32,000 bases of DNA from Megasphaera elsdenii DSM 20460 (GTDB taxonomy: Bacteria > Bacillota > Negativicutes > Veillonellales > Megasphaeraceae). Position 1 is the first letter of the stretch. Each line of letters begins with the position of its first letter. Made by a program: the position numbers and the translations under genes. The notes below the pieces were generated by a model. The model searched no databases. It saw only the letters and a list, made by a program, of their open reading frames with translations, and was not told the origin of the DNA. Positions 5,400-13,386 of the stretch are shown in pieces. The stretch covers positions 1,050,001 through 1,082,000 of the forward strand of contig NZ_CP027570.1 in NCBI RefSeq assembly GCF_003010495.1. Reading direction: 5' to 3'.

Positions 5400-6788
5400 A
5401 TGCATGCAGTAAAGACATATGATGTCATTATCATCGGGGCTGGTCCGGCCGGTATTTTTACGGCCCTGGAACTGGCCGATAAAGGATTTAAGATTCTCAT
5501 GGTCGAAAAGGGGCAGGACATACGGGAGCGCATTGCGACGAGCCTGAACAAGAAGGCCCTGCCCAAAGACCGGATGCGCAATGTCGTCTGTGGCTGGGGT
5601 GGTGCCGGTGCCTTCAGTGACGGAAAATTGACGCTGACGACGGAATACGGCGGCAACCTCGACGACTACATGTCCAAGGCCGACCTCATGGACAAGATTC
5701 GTTACGTCGATGACGTCTACTGCCGTTTCGGCGGTGCCGGCCGTAAAGTCTATGGCGATGAAAACAAAGACCACATCCGCGACATCAAGCGCAAAGCTGC
5801 CGCAGCGGACCTGCGTTTCATCCCGGCCCGTATCCGCCATCTCGGGACCGACGTCAACGCTCAGATCCTGACTAACATGCGCGATTTCCTGGAAGGGAAA
5901 GTCGACATCATGGCCGATACGGCTGTAGACCATATCGTGGAAGAGAAAGGCGAAATCAAAGGCGTCCTCATCGATGACCAGTTCTATGCCTGCCGTTATC
6001 TGGTCAGTGCTCCCGGCCGGGAAGGGTCGGAATGGTTTGTCCATGAAGTCGAAAAGATGGGCCTCAAACTGACGTCCAATGCCGTCGACATCGGCGTCCG
6101 CGTAGAAATGCCGGCAGAAGTCCTGGAAACGATTACCGACGTCGTCTATGAATCGAAGCTCATCTATTTCAGCAAATCCTTTGACGACCGGATCCGCACG
6201 TTCTGCATGAATCCCTATGGCTTCGTCGTCGAAGAGAATAACGATGGCCTGCTCACGGTCAACGGCCACAGTTATGCCCACAAGAAGAGTGAAAATACGA
6301 ACTTCGCCATCCTCGTCTCCAAGAAGTTCACGGAACCCTTCCATGAACCGATTAAATACGGGAAGTACATCGCCAATCTGGCCAACATCCTCGGCGGCGG
6401 CGTCATCGTCCAGCGCCTGGGCGACTTCCTCGATGGCCGCCGGTCGACGCCGGAACGGATCCAGCGGGGCCTCGTCCGGCCGACCATGCCCGATGCGACA
6501 CCAGGTGATTTATCGCTGGTCCTGCCGTACCGCCATATGCTGGACATCAAGGAAATGCTGGAAGCCCTCGATGCCGTCGCTCCTGGGGCCAACTCGCGCC
6601 ATACCTTGTTGTACGGCGTAGAAGCCAAGTTCTATTCCAACCGCCTGGAATTGAGCCACGTCCTGGAAACGAAGATTCCCAATTTCTTTGCCATCGGCGA
6701 CGGCGCCGGCATCACCCGCGGCCTGGTACAGGCGTCGGCAGCAGGTGTAACTGTCGGTCAGGAAATTTTGCGGCGGGAAGAAACGTAA
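5400..6788 (+). CDS. FAD-dependent protein (uncharacterised NAD(FAD)-utilising dehydrogenase family)
   Basis: A Rossmann motif, YDVIIIGAGPAGIFTALEL, lies at the N-terminus when starting at ATG 5400 (RBS aagga 8 nt upstream). The track's 5319 start only adds translated repeat sequence. Confidence 0.8.
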   Translation: MHAVKTYDVIIIGAGPAGIFTALELADKGFKILMVEKGQDIRERIATSLNKKALPKDRMRNVVCGWGGAGAFSDGKLTLTTEYGGNLDDYMSKADLMDKIRYVDDVYCRFGGAGRKVYGDENKDHIRDIKRKAAAADLRFIPARIRHLGTDVNAQILTNMRDFLEGKVDIMADTAVDHIVEEKGEIKGVLIDDQFYACRYLVSAPGREGSEWFVHEVEKMGLKLTSNAVDIGVRVEMPAEVLETITDVVYESKLIYFSKSFDDRIRTFCMNPYGFVVEENNDGLLTVNGHSYAHKKSENTNFAILVSKKFTEPFHEPIKYGKYIANLANILGGGVIVQRLGDFLDGRRSTPERIQRGLVRPTMPDATPGDLSLVLPYRHMLDIKEMLEALDAVAPGANSRHTLLYGVEAKFYSNRLELSHVLETKIPNFFAIGDGAGITRGLVQASAAGVTVGQEILRREET

Positions 6789-6792
6789 TCTG

Positions 6793-7491
6793 TCATTCTT
6801 TGAACCGGTATCCGGCACCCCAGACGGTCTCGATGTAGATCGGCTTGGCCGGGTCCGGTTCTATTTTTTCGCGGATGCGGTTGATGTGGACCATGACCGT
6901 CGCCGTATCGCCTTCGGCGTCGAGGCCCCAGACGCGTTCGAACAGGCGGTCCCGGCTGAAGACCAGGCCGGGATGCTTGGCCAGAAAGACGAGGAGCTCA
7001 AATTCGCGGTTGGTCAGGGAGATTTCCTGGCCTTTGACGTAGACCCGGTGTTTGTCGACGTAGATTTCCAGGTCGCCGCTGCGGAGGACTTCGCCGTCGG
7101 CCGCTTTCTGCTGGGCCTTTCCCGTCAGCCGTTCGTAGCGCGTGATGTGAGCCTTGACGCGGGCGACGAGCTCTGTCGGGCTGAAGGGCTTGATGATGTA
7201 GTCATCGGCACCGAGGCCGAGGCCGCGTATCTTGTCCATGTCTTCCCTTTTCGCCGATACCATCAGGATGGGGACTTCCTTTTCTTCACGGATGCGGCGG
7301 CAGATGTGGAAGCCATCGGTCCCAGGCAGCATGATATCCAGCAGGATGAGGTCGAAATCCTCCTGTAAAGCCCGTTCCAGCCCTTTCGTCCCGTCCGTTT
7401 CGATGACGCTTTCGATGGCGCTGGCTTCGAGGAAATCCCGTTCCAGTTCAGCAATTTCTATATTATCTTCAATGATCAAGATGCGTTTCAT
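6793..7491 (-). CDS. OmpR-family response regulator
   Basis: 232 aa. Receiver domain (DLILLDIMLPGTDG, ...KPF) plus a winged-helix C-terminus (LTNREFELL...VWG...YRF). Confidence 0.92.
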   Translation of the reverse strand: MKRILIIEDNIEIAELERDFLEASAIESVIETDGTKGLERALQEDFDLILLDIMLPGTDGFHICRRIREEKEVPILMVSAKREDMDKIRGLGLGADDYIIKPFSPTELVARVKAHITRYERLTGKAQQKAADGEVLRSGDLEIYVDKHRVYVKGQEISLTNREFELLVFLAKHPGLVFSRDRLFERVWGLDAEGDTATVMVHINRIREKIEPDPAKPIYIETVWGAGYRFKE

Positions 7492-8968
7492 GATAGGCCT
7501 CCTCTATTTGTGGCAAGGTGATGACGACCGTCAGGCCCCCGCCTGGCGTTTCTTCTGCATGGATCTGGCCGTGCAGGGTCGTAATGATTTGTTTGACAAT
7601 GGCCAGACCCAGACCGCTGCCTTTTTTGACATCCGTCCTGGCAGCATCGGTCCGGTAAAAACTGTCGAATAGGCGGGGCAGGTCGGCTGCCGGGACACCG
7701 GGCCCGTCGTCGGCAACGGTCAGGACGACGGAATGCCCTGTTTCGGCCAGGCGCAGGTCCAGGTTCACTGTAGGGCACTGCTTGTATTTCAATGCATTCT
7801 CCAGCAGATTGTCCAGGACCCGCTGGAACTGCATCCTGTCGATGGCTGTCCGGGCCGGCCCGGATGGCGGCGTGTAATGCAGGATGAGGCCCCGCTCGGC
7901 CAGGCGGGCTGTATTTTCAGCGGTGAAGTCGGCGAAATAATCGCGCAGTGAAACTGGTTCCATGGTAAAGGAAACCTGGCCTAAGTCGAGCTTGGAAAAG
8001 AGGAACAGCCTGTCGACGAGTTTTTCCAGGGTGCAGGCGTTCTGGTAGATGAGTTCGACATAATGATGGCGCTTTTCGGCGGTTTTGGCGATGCCGACCA
8101 GTATCCCGCTGGCATAGCCTTTGAGCAGGGTCAGCGGCGTCGACAGGTCATGGGAAATGCCGGCGATGAGTTCCTTGCGGTTCTGCTCATACTTTTCCTG
8201 GGCCAGGCGGGCCGAGCGCAGCTGGCGGCGCATGTGGTCGAAGGCTTCGCAGGTCCGGCCGAGCTCATCGCGCGATGACAGGGTGAGTTCATAGTCGAGG
8301 TTGCCTTTTTCGATTTCGGCTGCCGCCGTCCGCAGTGCCGCCAAAGGCGTCAGTATCTGACGGGACAGGACGCGGGACACGATGAGGCCACAGGCAATGA
8401 TGATGGCACTGGCTGTGCCGACGATGAAGAGGAGCAGGGTCTGGATGACGCTTTTGGCCATGCCTTCACGGATGCCGCTCTTGGCGATGAACGGCGTGTT
8501 GCCGGCAGCGATGACCGTTGTCCCGCTGTGGGGGGACGTATAGCGGAAGAAGAAGCCGTCGCCGTCCCAGGTCATGACCGTCTGCTGGCCATGGGCCTTC
8601 CACAAGACCCGGTCGGCCAGGCTGCGGAAGTCGATGCCCGGCGTGACATAAGCGACCTGGTCGTTGCGGATGATGGCCGTGGCAATGCCCAGCTCCTCCA
8701 GGACCTGGCAGTCTTCACGCATATCCTTGACCTTTAACGGCCCGGGCCGTTCGGCTTTGACGCGCAGGGAACTGACCGTATATTGGATGGACAGGGCCGG
8801 CCCTTTTTCCGGCCACAACGTCGTCAAGTCATTGTGAGGCGAAGAGAAACGGAGACCCGAGATGAGCAGGAAACCCAGGACCGTCAAGATGGCGATGGGA
8901 ACAAAGACCATCGTGAAATTGGCAACGAGCAGGCGGTGCCGCAGTGAAATGTCACGTATACGCAGCAT
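7469..8968 (-). CDS. Sensor histidine kinase (2 TM, HAMP, HisKA, HATPase_c)
   Basis: 499 aa. H-box ISHDLSTPLT, N/G boxes (LDNLLENALKY, DDGPGV, GSGLGLAIV). Overlaps the downstream regulator gene by 23 nt. Confidence 0.92.
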   Translation of the reverse strand: MLRIRDISLRHRLLVANFTMVFVPIAILTVLGFLLISGLRFSSPHNDLTTLWPEKGPALSIQYTVSSLRVKAERPGPLKVKDMREDCQVLEELGIATAIIRNDQVAYVTPGIDFRSLADRVLWKAHGQQTVMTWDGDGFFFRYTSPHSGTTVIAAGNTPFIAKSGIREGMAKSVIQTLLLFIVGTASAIIIACGLIVSRVLSRQILTPLAALRTAAAEIEKGNLDYELTLSSRDELGRTCEAFDHMRRQLRSARLAQEKYEQNRKELIAGISHDLSTPLTLLKGYASGILVGIAKTAEKRHHYVELIYQNACTLEKLVDRLFLFSKLDLGQVSFTMEPVSLRDYFADFTAENTARLAERGLILHYTPPSGPARTAIDRMQFQRVLDNLLENALKYKQCPTVNLDLRLAETGHSVVLTVADDGPGVPAADLPRLFDSFYRTDAARTDVKKGSGLGLAIVKQIITTLHGQIHAEETPGGGLTVVITLPQIEEAYHETHLDH

Positions 8969-9012
8969 AAGCAGGACATCCTTTCATAGTGATAGTTTTA
9001 TTATAGAGTGAT

Positions 9013-9095
9013 TCGTGGCTAGTGGCTAGTAGTTCGTGGCTCGTGGTTAAATTTAAAACCATCCGCTAACCACTAACTGCTAGCCCCTAACCACT
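9013..9095. repeat. Palindromic heptamer-array element
   Basis: Left arm tcgtggc tagtggc tagtagt tcgtggc tcgtggt. Core taaatttaaaa. Right arm ccatccg ctaacca ctaactg ctagccc ctaacca (about 70-75% complementary, unit by unit). Confidence 0.8.
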
Positions 9096-9096
9096 T

Positions 9097-9130
9097 AAAA
9101 GGGCTTGTCGCACGTGCGACAAGCCCTTTT
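9097..9130. terminator. Bidirectional rho-independent terminator (serves the 9141-9857 gene)
   Basis: aaaa, then the perfect 26-nt palindrome gggcttgtcgcacgtgcgacaagccc, then tttt. Confidence 0.85.
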
Positions 9131-9140
9131 GAAAGGAGGC

Positions 9141-9857
9141 CTATTCTTCTATTTCTGTATGGATGACGGAGCCGTTGGTGGCGTCTACTAAGACGTCGTA
9201 GCGGACGGAACCCGATGTGACGCGGACTTTATACATGGGGTGGAAAGCGCGTTGCGGCATAGCGCCCTGCGGCATAGCGCCCTGCGGCGGCTGGCCTTTC
9301 ATGTCAGGCTGGCCCTGGGGCGGTGCCATGGGGGGGACGCCTTGTGTATCGGCCTGGCCATTCGGAGCGGCTTTGGCCGTAGCCCCGGCAGCGGCATCGG
9401 TTTTTTCTTCACCCGGACGGCCGGGCTTCATGCCTTCCGGTCCCTGCGGGCGTCCTGCTTCATGGTCTTTGCGGTCTCTCTCTTTTACTTTGTCTTTGCG
9501 GTCGCCTTTGCGGCCGTCTTTAGGACCGTGCTTGGCGCTATTCATATCGAAGAGGGCCACTTCTTTGAAATCCAGGTCGCTTTCGTCCTTGCCGATGGCC
9601 TGGGCTGCGGCGGCACAGGCTTGGTCTTCGCTGATGAGGGAGACGTTGCGTTGTTCGGCCTGGGCTTTGGTCATCTGGGCCATGGCTTCGACCCGTTCGG
9701 CGTGACGGGCTGTGTGCTGGCGGTACAGGTAGTAGTGGCCGCCTGCCGTCGCCAGTACGCAGACGACGCAGAAAGCAGCGGCGATTTTGGCATTGCGGGC
9801 CGTGCGGACTTTATGTTTGATCGAAATGAGTGTATCTTGCCATTTTTCCTGGGTCAT
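9141..9857 (-). CDS. Membrane-anchored PepSY-like protein with a low-complexity Pro/Gly/Lys-rich linker
   Basis: 238 aa. N-terminal TM (IAAAFCVVCVLATAGG). The C-terminus YKVRVTSGSVRYDVLVDATNGSVIH is PepSY-like. RBS aggagg. Confidence 0.65.
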   Translation of the reverse strand: MTQEKWQDTLISIKHKVRTARNAKIAAAFCVVCVLATAGGHYYLYRQHTARHAERVEAMAQMTKAQAEQRNVSLISEDQACAAAAQAIGKDESDLDFKEVALFDMNSAKHGPKDGRKGDRKDKVKERDRKDHEAGRPQGPEGMKPGRPGEEKTDAAAGATAKAAPNGQADTQGVPPMAPPQGQPDMKGQPPQGAMPQGAMPQRAFHPMYKVRVTSGSVRYDVLVDATNGSVIHTEIEE

Positions 9858-9971
9858 GATAAATTCCTCCTGTCTTCAATCACTGATTCTTGACTACGAA
9901 GACAGTATAAGGGATAAATCTAAAATCGAGCTAAACCAGGCCGTAAGAATTACATAAATGTTGTATAATGA

Positions 9972-10050
9972 GTTTGTAGTTTGTAGTTTGTAGTTTGTAG
10001 TTTGTAGTTTGTAGTTTGCAGGCTGTAGGGGCGCCCATGTGGGGCGCCCG
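9972..10050 (+). repeat. Heptamer array (gtttgta x6 perfect, then gtttgca, ggctgta) fused to a GGGGCGCCC hairpin
   Basis: 49 nt with exact period 7, then ctgtaggggcgccc-atgt-ggggcgccc. Confidence 0.9.
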
Positions 10051-10094
10051 CCGAGTCCGCCATGTTTTATATAATAGAGAGTGAGGTATCGATC

Positions 10095-11132
10095 ATGAAC
10101 GATGAACGTTTGAAATTGACTCAAATGGCGTCCTGCTCCGGTTGAGGCGCTAAGTTAGGGCCAGGGACACTGGCTCAATTGTTGGACGGGCTTCCAACAC
10201 ATAAAGATGACCGCCTCCTCGTTGGCTATGATAAGAGCGACGACGCGTCGGTCTACCAGGTGAGCGATGATCTGGCTGTCGTCCAAACGGTCGATTTCTT
10301 TCCGCCTATCGTCGACGATCCTTATTTATTCGGTCAGATTGCAGCGGCCAATGCCCTGAGCGACGTCTACGCCATGGGGGCCGAGGCGAAACTGGCCATG
10401 AACATCATGTGCGTCAATTTGTCCATGGGCCGCGAAGCCATCCGGGCTATCCTCGAAGGGGGATACCAAAAGGCCTATGAAGGCGGGGTCATCATCACCG
10501 GCGGCCATACCATCGAAGATAAGGAGCCGAAGTACGGCCTGTCCGTGACCGGTTTCGTTCATCCGCAGAAATTATTGCGCAATTCGTCGGCCCGGCCTGG
10601 CGACGTCCTCATCCTGACCAAGCCCTTAGGCGTGGGTATCTTGATGACAGCTGCCCAGGGCGATTTCGTCGAAGCGCCGCTCCTGCAGCAGCTCTATGAC
10701 CAGATGGCCCAGCTCAATAAGACGGCCCGGGACATCATGGTCCGCTATGACGTCCACAGCTGTACCGACGTTACGGGCTTCGGCCTGTTGGGCCATGCCT
10801 GTGAAATGGCCGATGGCAGCGGGACGACGATTCATTTTCAAGGCGATGCCATTCCCTATCATAAAGAGGCCCTGGACATGGCGGCCATGGGGCTGATCCC
10901 GGCCGGAGCGTACCGCAACCGTGATTTCGTCGCCGGCCGGATTGATACGGGCAGCGCCGATAAGCGCTTCATGGATGTCCTCTATGACCCACAGACTTCG
11001 GGCGGCCTGCTCATCGCTGTCGCCGAAAAAGACGCAGCGAAGCTGGAACGGGCCCTGAAAGACACGATTCCCTGTGCGGCCGTCGTCGGCTATGTGACCG
11101 GGCGGGAGAACTACTCCATCGTCATCGATTGA
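10095..11132 (+). CDS. selD: Selenide, water dikinase (selenophosphate synthetase), selenocysteine-containing form
   Basis: ATG 10095 gives MNDERLKLTQMASCSG-U(TGA 10143-10145)-GAKLGPGTLAQLL, continuing in frame into the 10179 ORF. The SGUGAK position corresponds to the catalytic Cys/Sec of SelD. The rest (DDASVY...VDFF...DDPYLFGQIAAANALSDVYAMG) is canonical SelD. Confidence 0.9.
10158..10176 (+). promoter_or_regulatory. Candidate bacterial SECIS hairpin for the selD UGA
   Basis: Stem gggccag/ctggctc (one G-U pair) with apical loop ggaca. The loop starts 20 nt after the UGA. Confidence 0.5.
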
Positions 11133-11187
11133 ATCTCTTACGCTTATAGTAGCGGGAGAGATTGGAGAACATTGCTGTTTAAAGACA

Positions 11188-11232
11188 TAGCGATGGATTT
11201 CACAGGTATCGAACCTGCAAAATCCATCGCTA
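11188..11232. terminator. Bidirectional terminator hairpin between selD and the LysR gene
   Basis: Perfect 13-bp stem tagcgatggattt/aaatccatcgcta with a 19-nt loop. Confidence 0.6.
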
Positions 11233-11235
11233 TAC

Positions 11236-12201
11236 TTATTTTATGGCGGTTAATTCTTCAATGTTCATAGATTCAATCTTTTTACCATATTGTAATAACA
11301 AATCCTTGAAATATAGACAAGCCTTAGATAAATAGCGATCTTTATGGTAGATAACCTGAAGATTTTGAACGAAAGGAGTACCTTTTACAATTAACGGAAA
11401 GGCGTTGACTGGCTCAGTAAAATTTTCTTTCTGGTTAATGAGACTGGCGCGGGTTGCAAAAAATGCGGCGACACCGCTGGCCCCGACTGCCGTAGCGATT
11501 TGTATATACTGGCTGGTCATATAGGTAATGGGAGTAATGCCTGCATCTTTAAAGATGTTTTGAATGGTTTCGCCAAGACGGTTCTGTAAAATGCAGAATG
11601 GCAATTGGGCAAAATCAGCCAGGTTTGCGCCTTGGAGAGACTTCTTTTTGATTTTTTCGCTATCCTCGTGAAATGTTTTTTTCAGGAGACTATCGGTGAT
11701 GCAAAGATATACCTGGTCCCGCATCATGTGTTGTTTGACGAGGTTCGGATTTTCTGATTGAGATAAAGCAATGGCCAGATCTAAATCGCCATCCAGAACG
11801 AGTTTTTCCAAAACGGTTGTCGTCGCTTCTTTTAATTCAAGTTCAATCAGCGGGTATTTGGTGGTGAAAATTGGTAATATATAAGGCAGGCAGGCGTTTG
11901 AACGTAAAATACTGGCTCCAAAATAAATGAGGCCTCGCTTTGAATGTTTTATGTCAGCCAGGATGTCTTGTAAGTTTTCATTTTCCCGGATTAATTGCTG
12001 TGCATAACGAAGTACAAATGACCCGGCATAGGTAAGGGAAAGTTTGGGGTGCCGATTAAGTAGTTTAACACCGTAGTATTCCTCTAAACGAATAATGTGG
12101 TTGCTCAATGTTTGCTGAGAGATGTGGATGCGTTCAGCTGTGCGGGTTATATGTAGATCTTTAGCTAATTCTGCAAAATAGTACAGACTGTCTATGTTCA
12201 T
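11236..12201 (-). CDS. LysR-family transcriptional regulator
   Basis: N-terminal HTH (MNIDSLYYFAELAKDLHITRTAERIHISQQTLSNHI) plus a LysR substrate-binding domain. ATG 12201 is preferred over 12210 because GGAG lies 9 nt upstream. Confidence 0.9.
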   Translation of the reverse strand: MNIDSLYYFAELAKDLHITRTAERIHISQQTLSNHIIRLEEYYGVKLLNRHPKLSLTYAGSFVLRYAQQLIRENENLQDILADIKHSKRGLIYFGASILRSNACLPYILPIFTTKYPLIELELKEATTTVLEKLVLDGDLDLAIALSQSENPNLVKQHMMRDQVYLCITDSLLKKTFHEDSEKIKKKSLQGANLADFAQLPFCILQNRLGETIQNIFKDAGITPITYMTSQYIQIATAVGASGVAAFFATRASLINQKENFTEPVNAFPLIVKGTPFVQNLQVIYHKDRYLSKACLYFKDLLLQYGKKIESMNIEELTAIK

Positions 12202-12215
12202 GGATATCATCTCCG

Positions 12216-12234
12216 TTACAAAAATATTTTGTAA
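12216..12234. promoter_or_regulatory. LTTR-box-like dyad, copy 1
   Basis: TTACAAAA-ATA-TTTTGTAA (ACA-N9-TGT geometry), centred about 65 nt upstream of the predicted start site of the 12255-12283 promoter, in the lysR-divergent region. Confidence 0.6.
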
Positions 12235-12254
12235 AAAATAATAAATTTAATAGT

Positions 12255-12283
12255 TTTACTTGTGGAAAGTTTTGAAATATAAT
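12255..12283 (+). promoter_or_regulatory. Promoter of island operon 1
   Basis: TTTACT, 17-nt spacer, TATAAT. Both hexamers are conserved in the duplicate at 16898-16926. Confidence 0.55.
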
Positions 12284-12357
12284 CTAGTTGTAAGCAAGAG
12301 AACAGGAAATACAAAATATGAACTGATTATACTAATTCATCAAAGGAGAGATTCATT

Positions 12358-13386
12358 ATGGCATGGAAAATTTTATTACCTCAGGAAATCATGGAAGAAG
12401 GAGCGCAGTTGTTGAAAGATGCTGGCCATACACTGATCCGTGGCAGAGGTTTTGAAACAGCGGACGTCTTGGCAGATATGAAGGAATATAAACCGGATGC
12501 GATGATCGTACGTATTACCCCGATTACCCGCGAAGTCATTGAAGCGAATCCGAATCTGAAAGTTATTGCCCGTCACGGTGCCGGCTTTGATGCATTGGAT
12601 GTCAAAGCTTGCCATGATAATGGGGTACAGACTTTATATGCTCCTGTAGCGAACAGTACCTCTGTTGCTGAAACAGCCATCATGCTTATGTTTGAATGTA
12701 GCCGCAATGTCTTGAAACTGCGTAAGACCTGGGTTCAAGACTATTATAAAGCAAAACTGAAGATTCACAAAACAACTCTTAATGGCAAGACCTTAGGCAT
12801 CATTGGTTGTGGCAATATCGGCAGCCGTGTAGCAAAGCGGGCTTTAGGGCTGGAAATGAACGTCTTGGCATACGACCCGTATAAACGGGCAGCTGAATTT
12901 CCGGAAGGTGTCGAAGTCGTACGCGACTTGAACCGGATTTTTAAGGAAAGTGATTATGTATCTGTGCATACGCCGAATACGCCGCTTACCCGTCAGATGA
13001 TTAACAAGGAAACACTGGCTATGATGAAATCTTCAGCCTTCCTGATTAACACGGCTCGTGGCGCTTGTGTCAATGAAATGGATTTGTATCAGGCCTGCAA
13101 AAATGGAATTATCGCAGGCGCCGGACTCGACGCTATTGCCCATGAACCAGTTGATCCTAACAATCCACTGCTGACATTGGATAATGTCATCATTTATCCG
13201 CACATCGGCGGTAACTCTGTGGAAGCGGCCCACCGGGCTTCGTACTTCTCTGCGATGGGCATCGAAGAAGTATATGAAGGCAAAGAACCGACCTGGCCGA
13301 TTCATGATATTGATTATACGACAGCACCGACATACATGGATATCCGTGTTCCCGATAAGAAACCGGTCGGCATGTTTGATTTTTAA
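12358..13386 (+). CDS. D-isomer-specific 2-hydroxyacid dehydrogenase, copy 1
   Basis: 342 aa. GIIGCGNIGSRVA NAD-binding motif. Catalytic Arg/Glu/His context NTARG ... AHEP ... YPHIGG. Confidence 0.88.
   Translation: MAWKILLPQEIMEEGAQLLKDAGHTLIRGRGFETADVLADMKEYKPDAMIVRITPITREVIEANPNLKVIARHGAGFDALDVKACHDNGVQTLYAPVANSTSVAETAIMLMFECSRNVLKLRKTWVQDYYKAKLKIHKTTLNGKTLGIIGCGNIGSRVAKRALGLEMNVLAYDPYKRAAEFPEGVEVVRDLNRIFKESDYVSVHTPNTPLTRQMINKETLAMMKSSAFLINTARGACVNEMDLYQACKNGIIAGAGLDAIAHEPVDPNNPLLTLDNVIIYPHIGGNSVEAAHRASYFSAMGIEEVYEGKEPTWPIHDIDYTTAPTYMDIRVPDKKPVGMFDF

Noticed and set aside
7469-7491. The 23-nt overlap between the histidine kinase and response regulator genes, and the kinase-first gene order, as something unusual.
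   Set aside because: Overlapping, translationally coupled two-component genes are common. A good RBS (gaggagg) for the regulator lies inside the kinase 3' end. Nothing further supports a special mechanism.
9972-10027. Could the regular short repeats be a CRISPR array?
   Set aside because: The units are 7 nt and directly abutting, with no spacers. There are no cas genes in the window, and CRISPR repeats are 23-50 nt.
9894-10124. ORF with a TNYKLQTTNYKLQTTN repeat. Similar repeat-derived N-terminal extensions appear on other track ORFs (5319-5399, 21105-21269, 19712-19759, 23308-23397, 25163-25312, 30519-30602).
   Set aside because: The peptide repeats are just the heptamer DNA arrays read in frame (3 units = 7 aa). 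In every case an internal start with a good RBS gives the canonical family N-terminus.
11236-12201. The LysR regulator next to selD as a selenium-specific regulator.
   Set aside because: It belongs compositionally to the AT-rich island. It is convergent to selD and separated from it by a terminator. It has its dyad box in the divergent promoter of the island operon and in the duplicated promoter. A role in island regulation is the simpler reading.
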